Notes under the pieces: model-generated
What the model was told of the DNA's origin: nothing
Databases searched by the model: none
What the model saw: only the letters and a program-made list of their open reading frames with translations
Assembly: GCA_949300385.1 (NCBI GenBank)
Contig: CASGDZ010000002.1
Span: 111,758 to 175,757 of the forward strand
Source: an uncultured Christensenella sp.
Lineage (GTDB): Bacteria > Bacillota > Clostridia > Christensenellales > UBA1242
Direction: 5' to 3'
Length of the DNA stretch: 64,000 nt
Translations under genes and position numbers: made by a program
In this document: positions 15,001 through 20,435 of the stretch, in pieces
Layout of the letters: each line of letters opens with the position of its first letter
Position numbering within the stretch: the first letter of the stretch is position 1

Positions 15001-18000
15001 GAAACAAATATTACAGGTATGTATGTCGGCGGAATTTTCGGTAAATATGTTGGAAATGCTACAAATCTAAAATTAAATACAAATAATAAAACGATCGTGA
15101 CTATTGATTTAACAAATGCTTACTATGTCGGCGGACTTATAGGTAGACTTGAAGGTAATTTAACGGCAAGTACAAAGGATGGCACATACAATAAGAGCGA
15201 CAATAGTGTAGCGAATGTCGTCTCATATAATTCGACTGAAGTGTTAGATAACTTTGGCGGACTCGTAGGTATGTTAAAAGTTGGAGAAGTGGACGGAGGA
15301 ACTACTGCAACAGTAATAGGTGAACATTATTATCCGTTTACTATAAATACTATTGAAAATAGTAATTACGCCGATGTAGCTACAACTTATGACGCAACAG
15401 AAAGTGAAGACAATATATATCTAACCGCAATAGCGGGTTATGTGAATCAGGATAGTTTCACAATCTCTGCTACTTCAGAAACAACATATTATGAAGTGGA
15501 AAGAGATAGTGAAAATAATATAACTTATACACCAAATAATCCATTGAATCCAGATGAGACATTCGGTTGGGCTAAAGATTATACTATGTTTAAGACCATG
15601 CAACGCAATATTCCACAATCTGAGAATAAAGGTGCAACATGGGACGCAATATCAATAGTATACGACGCATCATATATCACATATGTCGGCACTATGGACA
15701 ACTTGGATATCTTTGACTTATATAAGGGGGAAAAGACCAAAAAAGGTGAAGAGTATACAGAAGATTATATCTGTTATACCATCGTAGAACCAGTCGAAGG
15801 CGACGCTACATTATATTGCGCATTAGGAATAGCATCTGTATATTATGACGATGATGGTAATTATGCTGATGAAGATGATTTTTATAATGATGGAGCAAGT
15901 AATTTTAGCAGATTTTGGCAATGGACTGGCGCAATATTTGGAGTAAATGATCCTCCTACTGATATATATTATATAGATATTGCATTAACAGATCCAGGAC
16001 TTACTTATTTGGATTATAAATCAAACAGCTATAAAACAACAAATGGCGGAAATACTTTGAGTATTGTAGCCAAAGCAGAAGAATTAAAATATTTATTGTG
16101 TTCAGTAGATAATTACTATCAACTGATAGATGAAGACGATAATGATAATAGTGTAAGCAATGACAATAATGAATATAAAGAAAGGAAACCAGAAAAAACT
16201 TATTTCCAATTAGATGTCATATATGAAAATTCAAGCGTTCCAGTAGAATATGATAAAGATGGAAATCCTACTGCGTACGGAAGTGATGGCTACACTGCTT
16301 CTAGTGGATCATTGTTTGAAGCAAACGGAGTTGCTACAAGTGCTGCTGAATCAGCACTTAAATCAGGAGATTCGGCTTATCCATGGTTGGAATGGGTACA
16401 GACTGCTATAGATTTAGCATTAGCATTAAGTTTTGCAGGTGGAGTAACAGCTCTTAGTGCTAAATTTATAGGTAAAGCGGCATTAAAACAAGCAATAAAA
16501 AGTACAGCTAAATTTATAGCTAGACTTACTATAGAATTTGGTGCCAAAAAAATATTGGCGTTATTAACGGTTAGTTCAGTGGCAGCAAGTTTAACAGGAG
16601 CGACTTATTCGACTATTCGCGGACAAACTATGGGCTATTTAGGGCCAAGTTATATGCGGGAAATAACATACGATTCAAATGGTCATGTATATGCACAAAC
16701 GGATGAAACAATATCTAATGAATATGGTATATACTATATGTATTACTCTTCAACTCGACCAGCAGATTATTATATAAATAGATATTTCGTTTATATCGTT
16801 GAAGATGATAGTGTCACAACTCATAAATACTCAGCATCGCAATTGACATTAGGAGACATTGAGACATCTTCGTCAAGCGATTATTATGGAGCATATAAAG
16901 TCACTGCCATAAATGGACAAGCAGTTTCGGAAGGAACTAATGTTTACGCATATGATTACTATTTCTATGAAAAAGGCGTATATTATGTAATTGCTGATAC
17001 TATCTCTACGGAAACTATTCTTTACCAAAAATATTTTGATCCAGATCAATGGGGAGATGATATCACTCTTCCTATCTATACGAATAATTTAGGATACTAT
17101 TATGTTGCAGGTTCATATAATGGTGATACTGACGAATATAGTTATGCAAATAGATATGGTAATAACTTAATACCTAAGGACAGCGAAGGTCAATATGTAA
17201 TGGATGATGAATCATTTGAAAGCGAATTCTTCGAAGTATATAATACTAAAGCTTCATTTGATAAAGAATTAAATTTTGTTCCTGTAGAAAATGGATATAT
17301 GTCTAAAACTTATGGTTTAACAATTAATAGTAATGATTTTACAATAAGTGATGTATACAATATTTCATATTACTATGGTTATGGATATTTAGATAAGGTA
17401 TACTATACTGCAAATGGAAATATAAAAATCACTTATGCAGGTGCAAGTACAGGCGCAAACATTAAACCATTAATAGGTACATTTACATATACAGGCGCCG
17501 ATGGAGTTGGAACCGAGGGTATAGATTATATTACTCTGACTTATACTGATGATGAAAATAATACTAATCAATACGATTTTATTTTAACAAGTATATCTAC
17601 TGATGGTTCGGGGTCTGATTATCAAGATTTAAGTTTAGATGGAGTCCCTAATCTAGTCACTAATAAAAATACTACTAAATATGTAAACCTATATCCAACA
17701 TCGTTTACAAATCCTTATACTATTCAAATATCAGAAGAAGATGTCCCTTCATATCCGATTTTTACTGAAGTTGAAATAGAAAATGAAGATGGAACTAAAA
17801 CAACAAAAGATGTGGAAGTATATTTCGTTGAAACGAATTTATCAGCAATAGAAGATATTAGTAGTGTACAAACATTAAGCAAATCTGCAACATTCTATTA
17901 CTTTAATGGCGGTTACGAAACAAGGACAATTACGGATAATTCCACAAATAAGACTACTACATATGTCATAAGAGAAAGTACTGAAAATTATTATACGATT

Positions 18001-18762
18001 TATGATAATTCTGGAAATCTTGTAATGTGTAATAGAAATGAACTTATCTCTTATTTAAGTGACGACAATTATTATGGTGAATATTATGGTTCGGGATCAT
18101 CATATAATATGTTATTAAAAGATTATTACGACTATGTAGATGACGACTATTTATATAAATATGATTCTGATACAAAGACTTATAAATTATTTACTAATGA
18201 AATTGAAATCTTCGATGAAAATAAAATTTATAAGGGGAATATGAATTACTCAAATGCATCGAAATATTTATATAGTAGCGACGATTATTACTTTATTGTT
18301 GAGGAAATTTCTGCAGAAGATGGTTCTACACAAAAAGTATATGCTTCAATCAAAGATTATTTCACAAAAGGAAAATTATACATGATTGATGACGACGCTT
18401 TCCTTGATAATCAGATTAAATATAAGATTAATGATAAAGAATCTGGCAGCATTAGTATTTTAACCACTGTTGTTATTGAATACCCTAATCATGAGACATA
18501 TGCTAGCAATTATAATCAAAATAAATACTTAATGAACGCTTCTACACAACTCTATACTAGATATAAATATGATGACGACTTTAATAATAATGTTTGGAGT
18601 GGGTATAATTTGTACAGGAATACATTTACTTATCCTAACCAAGGATATACTACATATCTTGTAGAAGGTTGTAGAGTAGTATTAGGTGGCGGAGGCGATT
18701 ATGTTGCTCCTAATACAGATTCTAATAATGGGAAATCAATAGGTAGTTTTAATGTAATATAA
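1..18762 (+). CDS. Giant repeat-rich cell-surface protein, 5'-partial (GLUG-type beta-solenoid modules, Ig-like spacer regions, C-terminal membrane hairpin plus Tyr-rich domain)
   Basis: Frame 1 has no stop from nt 1 to TAA 18760-18762. The ORF-track start TTG 229 is only the first start-type codon in frame and has no SD. Dozens of N[VI]GG[LFI][IV]G units. Module entry motifs such as NPYTIQDVQEFNSI...FEGNGMTISG. Confidence 0.9.
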   Translation, partial: SEIFVKVAFTGTALDASTISLNLPDSSPIKFGNGLSSINLSDTANVRLIQTSSKYNVYAVKFASCNQQLNSVRLDILAGEGAVGVSTYVYVNSVFLADENSIEIYTDDENANDFSQNGELMFAIIRGTSNSFRVFADVKNNYIGDVNPIQTIERVDNNNTNKIQFTRMSNSEFIITGISNTNYAVELTLKIHYFTNDNVKVELKSTEKSILFAVYDTIDSISATKENKDITYINSKYEEASQIEINFNALTSNSSIVSDSVIFTDDIKYDNANQIKISLSDPSLREFVQLSIKTTESEQIIQSGEVLSLNSENIFRGTIIVRLTQNIAIDSVSVVFSALRFGVESGINRYVTINIADYEYADNIVVSGNEIVEEGLNNYWIYMSFLSVEDGGQDIAKFNARAEYANNISSSLRFDDLTYRLYRVSTSLTGEKTEELVVGGGVSVTIVDGVVTITAEKYYGGGIYRLELATLDSYDDILGDYKTTFSLNLRISDGDIYAYTISNAEDLKNIANDMGANYELIQSFSISDFTPIGGTDGSNVVNAFTGSLKGVNSSVSTAKNSITVEISKTIEDDTNTYAGLFAILGNGAVISDLDIYVKFNTSSLTANSTLNIGAVAGLNNGATITNVNVSYLHDYSGIDLTKVSSSINFGLVVGTNNAIIDLNGCSVIFDATILTKSNTNIGAIAGINTGSIGGTSGDVDLTSVSYSIEVNLVVKNSAQNSQINLGGVVGYAYGGNVSTISNIVVGGIIKLVNDGTNVNANGNVGGFVGRVGDGTSNNGAKISSCYALGLDVINGASGNVAGIVANANGVEVTNTKFMSANVEFNAITNSNGNTITDGFESKGQITGQNNVAGIIATSTESNITNSSVENFITGDFYTIDNTGVLNNNTGAIIAEGNAIINKSFVNANIKSSGEILLVTTGAKNSYFVGKVDNLDTTKLISVQDDTCYAVVYTDDLIYYYNYEGSWTEIADYDNWSSSTLLNIEYTSSSDWKINNEYNLIKINVLEGEITNTYTYYLPYLVQDGEPIMVIAPTSISAEIDSDYIISIDSIYEDNYTFSENEITSVAIINYHNDINNQSNNIEYNTYDIKDLINLAIVPEDALGGVRYSIISGSSYAYINSNDQIVFTGVSGTNRIIVRCYSVFNSEIEEYVVFYTQIGLSNLIIDSSEIYLESEDTYSITTYTGANDKQITIDAENIFGGQLGLTDRMFENIFDTNLSEYLKIETSPKDSKIKIVATGNAIGEYLINVKDLTFDGDTYSETITFTLYFNAKSYYGDSFLNERIELATVNLIVNVKKSADYIVMNNGQQVISTSSTANFSADLYTGYTSSSTESNYVSFNKNYNLNRIELNESDKDSINLSVSYNSEDENKVITLLNQANVDSILDLFNYNFSYTALREQSSIIGYKYNINVSLKEGFNYRYITEPIEFIFTVSSKTDDQVSGVANITYEPTQVSTIRLENYSASNVTSTGGYTNLVSSGTTSSYIITPGGYGGLMTIYLEPNYSNVLSATLTSGTLYVPSLNKNVSLRFEQLIYNAKANVYQSMYPANSSTTGALDLRLASIYDGEEYEYTGIIYVRVFLEHFSGTEGSISVNLDVRTSGNVEKSISKTFLTQYLPGASLSFNGISVGNNEYLIQENSYDNVVELNIYGYQFNSQPSIGLEWVLPNSERGLGTSLTIDNKKYNIYDYVNYSIGQVISNIDGSYTMRVTLSVRANIPASFKLTARMTLTTDTGLISSSEEALVFHPTDYIVDNTQTTLERINNGIMQMTINQNRTLEFVFETESTNYDYSENIYDVLVTDIGVENLASLFSYQLNGNTYKLSDENSAFTISYVEVNGSEFKRIAINGLATLDVNVNFSINYEFNIDENSGRYKLHFTTGAGAYRMSFTFRLQILPGTTTEHATPIYSADDIFDPNANECLLNEGEDYILMNDITLENLVPIEVNIGSLDGNNKIITIASFASALESEEAVEYGLFANIGTYTLAGEEYQTILKNVVVDYGSLNSDISFVNSNATEIYFGGLVGRNNGGIIYNCDVMNFSANSKDVTLLINNSSDVDVYFGGLVGENSGVITNSRVGRSTFTRVYVSSSGNESVNYNYGPIRPINFYIGDPSVNGQGFVAVVGGFVGSNNGKISSSYVANTSIISSSTAPNESMTAGFVGENNSGASIMYSYVKALESTVTSTNPYSTGTYIENLTNGTVAGFVNYNAGTISNSYANTELRSKSNVLSGFVYNNASSGIITESYSACTYNGKLIGANTTAEQPFVGRSNAELLSYGIIENCYYIISDGTVIDTSKIPSPEDKDQAVAISETNFQDPNFLNNFVFVLSNSLTSRNLGVWSYYTTNSSYRILPELMTANTIATSYRYLVGVGEEGNNYDYAYSFYLGSANNPYTIQDVQEFNSIMTGEGSTSIYGYFRLINDLYFDTTAVSTRLNFTLGDSSNKYITSFEGNGMTISGIYLDAEENVGSSIGLFANIENAYVKNVNLEFASEFSSANITYAGGLSGKINNSVIININLSGNATTINGTSFAGGLAGIITGNSLIYGINSNLNAVANNETGDFYTGTAYSNMSFAGGIAGLIDITPRENEEYNLSYIEINGREMSIGANYNANIQAYYAGGVAGYAGSGVNAFKIKFTTGNSNRIRGQEAVGGLFGAFLGNLTASQVTAEEDEQYNYDTTLGQYVMSIGSESSDLDTTQAGNLNLLEGYNYAGGLVGVGLNSLIRSSYAKVGVYSGRSVGGLIGLAISPNIQYSYAVPYINLDNISYFENVGGMLGETYEKGYYSDNISGYVGAFNSIAGSNDYSKLSFAFATLIVDNDKLVENADKIVSDKYLKYFDYIAGYYGQDLGNSNGYLHGTGGGTPLISVYAGKINYSEKAIGDNNINLVQNSTESRANNIELNALYNTENASNQAETFQRVFSSWSTEEYWTLDSSRYFPLLLNRNSTGYYEISNDNLEEAINVIINNPDGNYKIVEDLDFSTISISGNFIIEIGGDGFTGVLIGQKDDGSTPTISNLTVNATKDGDTGFFNRTTGARISNINFEWSSINLNGKTIDYVGGVSCKDVGSQFNGLNVSMINNPNSTYAMNIISSEISAINPPKISGFGGIVGSGTNSNIISCSFVGNISANLSVTENNNVINVGAIIGRAVADNTLKTETLGMIVTDSNVGKDGVNTTFNFYNLGSSNSSNVNIGGAVGYADKAAISGVSVGSYSYAETPYVDISLDLNNNDNIYLGGLVGYSNETQMTSINSLTNISVTGGETASGTTTASVNVGGFAGFISTNSTTSAFRNNATKSNIVVGEETANHITNLRLSTGIAYASSTSTSDKIKIEQSLFTGKIVATNDSSIDEKKVNATNIWAGGAVAYVDLKNRYTLVLSEVMSTTDIFVGSDDADNGTKQLYVGGLIGAGGLNNETLSAPIIELINCGSTGRIVAISSSGSSTDNIHIYVGGLVALSSNLTINYSYSATSILSDGISGINYNLANIGAIVGGLLKDSTISSTQTYYSSDIALASEDYDGESDGLYNLSAYRFILTNEWHTAFANGNVGVWYTNSTYMPYLTSLYTTLQNYGIMKSSQTNPYGENGTNILNPKIINTNTITLEEDYTFYLLSTNMNNNLKLNTNSNSTLNGIMIANETNYMVDLLSSTDVGSYSSFIPTIANHSAISNLHVLFTANSTLALTGSSEILVASMIAGNNNGIIFNSSVIGTGIELNSNSSQTYFGAIAGENNGLISHSYSTIEIINTNITNGAISGIVVNNYGAMDSCYFTGYINNSNSSTSSTTLASGLIYSAQESETTNGYIHNSYMGGVIESVSPNGNSFIAYFDNTKNYGTNNFIDNLSNFDSNYSNSIKGVSTFNIMRAKDLSGKWASVINTKEYNDKPTYYIDMTSKTFGYNYGYPIYDFNKVGTSQNLLTYYQLYTGNGTTSDNIDESAILNNYVNDAVNSTTANNYYRIPHLGVLHSIQGLANIIDSNNSNVTYTKLNYVLIYDIDASNYSTSNVAVGSYDSNSTSSSDDEGFYDGANAQFNGRFITNKYYEFNEYEINYNGCEQVCTISGLTGSGLFDNIIYAKFEYIKFGNMNLTSSGALGVNVISNSTETSDSEQNSGILVDHIWIGDSENTAEFTGENVGGLFGTISGNTIEIKNLITYSELGYQITIKANGNNGLIASTMKGGLISLDDCELGVNFAGVTVDGSSTNGGLIGQMTNGTINGESNEIRVANADSGAPSDVLGGIVGNITSGETNKISISNINVSFITGNNGINAVALGGFVGTMTSGTATISSCKFIANSDISANLIDQARFGIIAAQIQGGTLSLSGIEANEDFQININYNTGDNQMINYSQAYGILFGEVQGGIIKPTTDTTDNLSFNKITLYTVGGSSASKNVGSVIGWYTGGQVDIVFDGTTNFTIYGHENVGGVIGNYTYSDSGYINVAQITTIVHGDYNVGGYIGSAVINTSDTGENSSTNLTSLVGSGYNYLQSNTSYSTIYTLGSNNSTNKGNIGGIFGYLKGDLTLKSEDEDNVESTANNNSNGTTIKNLNTIYIANNNVKINGFDTYTNIGGVVGRLEGNIDDALNKGTIAYSISNIEGYKSGSDSFIIEDTSLGTNANSATYAVNVGGIVGKITKTGDSQMTLTVKNIQNMADIEGYQNVGGLIGYVSGITITNEIEENEDGEESGDDTQTLATTETSSSGTISGVLNVGGAFGYVDNGASTTQITGIALNEVHVNGNSNVGGLIGMYKGGYVGESSVDNVEVKGIYYTLIKSNQTGSDISTYYYNYIPTSVGGFIGTAHKLNTDVSGAIYSNTLTSVTVTSESEGTSYNTQADEETSKVISTVQNYMHSHYLVADSEKDDYSNILEYNEETAIAVFDDMTTGFGGFIGSANMAATSGTYQDITSTGVTEEKDISSNTINSITINPSLGVNVGTYYGYYYDSDTTGSKDVGLPTLTSGETSVNGETSVNGETSVNGAYNIGGIIGCYHSTSNTAKSFEDLSTAINSFEGKISVQKQGETNITGMYVGGIFGKYVGNATNLKLNTNNKTIVTIDLTNAYYVGGLIGRLEGNLTASTKDGTYNKSDNSVANVVSYNSTEVLDNFGGLVGMLKVGEVDGGTTATVIGEHYYPFTINTIENSNYADVATTYDATESEDNIYLTAIAGYVNQDSFTISATSETTYYEVERDSENNITYTPNNPLNPDETFGWAKDYTMFKTMQRNIPQSENKGATWDAISIVYDASYITYVGTMDNLDIFDLYKGEKTKKGEEYTEDYICYTIVEPVEGDATLYCALGIASVYYDDDGNYADEDDFYNDGASNFSRFWQWTGAIFGVNDPPTDIYYIDIALTDPGLTYLDYKSNSYKTTNGGNTLSIVAKAEELKYLLCSVDNYYQLIDEDDNDNSVSNDNNEYKERKPEKTYFQLDVIYENSSVPVEYDKDGNPTAYGSDGYTASSGSLFEANGVATSAAESALKSGDSAYPWLEWVQTAIDLALALSFAGGVTALSAKFIGKAALKQAIKSTAKFIARLTIEFGAKKILALLTVSSVAASLTGATYSTIRGQTMGYLGPSYMREITYDSNGHVYAQTDETISNEYGIYYMYYSSTRPADYYINRYFVYIVEDDSVTTHKYSASQLTLGDIETSSSSDYYGAYKVTAINGQAVSEGTNVYAYDYYFYEKGVYYVIADTISTETILYQKYFDPDQWGDDITLPIYTNNLGYYYVAGSYNGDTDEYSYANRYGNNLIPKDSEGQYVMDDESFESEFFEVYNTKASFDKELNFVPVENGYMSKTYGLTINSNDFTISDVYNISYYYGYGYLDKVYYTANGNIKITYAGASTGANIKPLIGTFTYTGADGVGTEGIDYITLTYTDDENNTNQYDFILTSISTDGSGSDYQDLSLDGVPNLVTNKNTTKYVNLYPTSFTNPYTIQISEEDVPSYPIFTEVEIENEDGTKTTKDVEVYFVETNLSAIEDISSVQTLSKSATFYYFNGGYETRTITDNSTNKTTTYVIRESTENYYTIYDNSGNLVMCNRNELISYLSDDNYYGEYYGSGSSYNMLLKDYYDYVDDDYLYKYDSDTKTYKLFTNEIEIFDENKIYKGNMNYSNASKYLYSSDDYYFIVEEISAEDGSTQKVYASIKDYFTKGKLYMIDDDAFLDNQIKYKINDKESGSISILTTVVIEYPNHETYASNYNQNKYLMNASTQLYTRYKYDDDFNNNVWSGYNLYRNTFTYPNQGYTTYLVEGCRVVLGGGGDYVAPNTDSNNGKSIGSFNVI
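1480..15400 (+). repeat. Six GLUG-type repeat modules inside the giant ORF (approx. 1480-2800, 5700-7060, 7160-8810, 8820-10670, 10740-11690, 11825-15400), separated in part by Ig-like beta-rich spacers
   Basis: Each module starts with an x-Y-x-I-S/T...DL..I...Y.L..DI..-type motif followed by F.G.(F)DGNG..I. It continues with repeated ..N.G.I.....VGGLVG.. units and ends in an aromatic cap (e.g. VWSYYTTNSSYRILPELM, EEYWTLDSSRYFPLLLN, VWYTNSTYMPYLTSL). Boundaries estimated by eye. Confidence 0.6.
14821..14874 (+). repeat. Perfect in-frame 18-bp tandem repeat x3 (GETSVN x3) inside the giant ORF
   Basis: ggcgagactagcgtcaat ggcgagactagcgtcaat ggcgagaccagtgtcaat. Copies 1 and 2 are identical; copy 3 has two synonymous changes. 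Confidence 0.95.
16381..16620 (+). other. Predicted membrane hairpin (two hydrophobic segments flanking a Lys-rich loop) near the C-terminus of the giant ORF
   Basis: WLEWVQTAIDLALALSFAGGVTALSA - KFIGKAALKQAIKSTAKFIARLTIEFGAKK - ILALLTVSSVAASLTGATYSTI. Hydrophobicity judged by eye only. Confidence 0.45.
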
Positions 18763-18787
18763 AAAAGCAGGATTATCCTGCTTTTTT
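18761..18787. terminator. Bidirectional intrinsic terminator between the convergent giant ORF and lipoprotein gene
   Basis: aaaaaa-GCAGGA-tta-TCCTGC-tttttt. Stem 18767-18772 / 18776-18781, flanked by an A-run and a T-run. Confidence 0.8.
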
Positions 18788-18793
18788 ATCAAA

Positions 18794-19762
18794 CTATTTG
18801 CTAAGTTCATAACTACCCTGATTTATCTTACCTTGACTATCAAAATATGTAATAGATTGATAATTGTTTTTAAATTCTTCTAGGTTATCTGTGACGATTG
18901 TTATTTTAGACATTTTTAAAACATTTGTAGAATAATCGTAATAACCAGGGAATGTATGATTTTCCATTATACGCAATTCTTTATTGTTTGATATCATTTC
19001 TTTATTTGATTTATCTACTGTTCGTACATTTAAAGTAAATTCACAATCTTGATTAGCACTTACTACATCTATTTTAACATTTTCATTACCTATATACTGT
19101 CCAGATAGATAACTGATTCTATTTTGTAGTGATGTGAAAGTTTTTGTATCTACATTCACATGTGATTCAACTGTTGCTCTTTTTTGAGAATCTAATTCTT
19201 GAATAAAGAATGCTGATTGAATATATTCTTTATTATGTAGCATATATAAGTCGTCATATTCTTTTTCTGTCAAAGGATATGACAATACATAGTTACCATA
19301 ATATCCTGCACTCGTTTCAGCCTTAACTGATAAATACAATTTAGATTCATCATTATTCATTATGTAAGCAACACTTTCGCATGACAACTCATCATTCTTA
19401 ATAGCGTCTACATCATATCCTTCACGCTCTAAAAATGTATATGGTATTGGAGACTCAGCGTTTTCAGCATAGACACTATTAGTTGCTATAAAATCTTCAA
19501 TAACTTGGTCGTAGTAAGGGTCGGATAACACATCGTTTAAGATATCACTATACTTGCTCTCAGTATTTCCACCAATAATATCAGTGTTACCGCCACCAAT
19601 ATCGTTGCTATTAGACATAGAATTACAAGCGGACAAACCCATGCTTAACACCATAGCACCCGCAACAGCAAGCCCTGCAACAGCACGCTTTAATTTAGAA
19701 CTATGTGCTTCTTTCTTTAAAGCTTTTCTAGTTTTAACTATTAAATTTTCATTTTCTTCCAT
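18794..19762 (-). CDS. Orphan lipoprotein (322 aa)
   Basis: Lipobox L-S-A-C at residues 43-46 (AGAMVLSMGLSAC|NS) after a hydrophobic h-region. SD GAGGT upstream of the ATG. No family recognised in the mature part. Confidence 0.85.
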   Translation of the reverse strand: MEENENLIVKTRKALKKEAHSSKLKRAVAGLAVAGAMVLSMGLSACNSMSNSNDIGGGNTDIIGGNTESKYSDILNDVLSDPYYDQVIEDFIATNSVYAENAESPIPYTFLEREGYDVDAIKNDELSCESVAYIMNNDESKLYLSVKAETSAGYYGNYVLSYPLTEKEYDDLYMLHNKEYIQSAFFIQELDSQKRATVESHVNVDTKTFTSLQNRISYLSGQYIGNENVKIDVVSANQDCEFTLNVRTVDKSNKEMISNNKELRIMENHTFPGYYDYSTNVLKMSKITIVTDNLEEFKNNYQSITYFDSQGKINQGSYELSK

Positions 19763-19872
19763 AAATACCTCACAATTTTTTTAAAATCAATTTGAGATAA
19801 TTGCGTATAAAACCCCTATGTGACATGCACTAAATTCGCCATTTTGCGCAAATCGATTTCTTAATTCTCAGC

Positions 19873-19901
19873 ATTATAACACACGATTTGACATTTGTCA
19901 A
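19873..19901 (-). promoter_or_regulatory. Consensus sigma-70/SigA-type promoter for the lipoprotein gene
   Basis: Minus strand reads TTGACA (19901-19896), a 17-nt spacer, then TATAAT (19878-19873). The -35 is one arm of the inverted repeat TTGACA-tt-TGTCAA (19888-19901). Confidence 0.7.
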
Positions 19902-20435
19902 CATGTTTTATAAATTCAATATACCTAAAAATATCGATAAAATGGCCACCAAAATATAAAAAATGTCGAAAATATTTTTTTAAATTTGTTATTATTAAGA
20001 CCTTATCTTTTTTCTAAATTTATAAAATAAAAACAAAAATTATATAAAAATCATTAAAAAAATACACAAAAATTAATAAAAATAAATAATTTTTTAAATT
20101 TTTTTATAGAATTTTAAATTAAACAAAAAGTTTTTAATACCATTTTCAGAAATTTTTTTATTTCAACACTTTTTAATTAATTTGTAAAAATTCACATTTA
20201 GCACTTGTCAATTTTTCATATTGCTAAAAATTAAAAAAAGATTATGAAAATCTTTTGTTTTTTTGTCGAAATGATATACAATATATGTATATAGTTTGTT
20301 TGCCCTACTGCTTAAATCTGGTCTGATATCTCTCACACAAATATTAGACTAATTTAAAATAAAAATGTTCTAAACTAAAATAAAAATAAGCGGAAGAAAT
20401 TTTTGTAATAGTGCAAACTAAATTAGGGAGGTAGT

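Noticed and set aside
15400-19762. Giant ORF C-terminus plus downstream lipoprotein as a polymorphic toxin / immunity pair
   Set aside because: The lipoprotein gene is convergent rather than co-directional, with a bidirectional terminator between the two genes. I saw no known pretoxin or toxin motif (LXG, PT-TG, RHS, VENN). The C-terminal domain follows a membrane hairpin rather than a cleavage motif.
19900-20260. Reiterated AT-rich words in the long spacers as a CRISPR array, iterons or oriC
   Set aside because: There is no regular repeat-spacer periodicity, no repeats of 20 bp or more, no DnaA-box (TTATCCACA-like) clusters and no cas or rep genes nearby.
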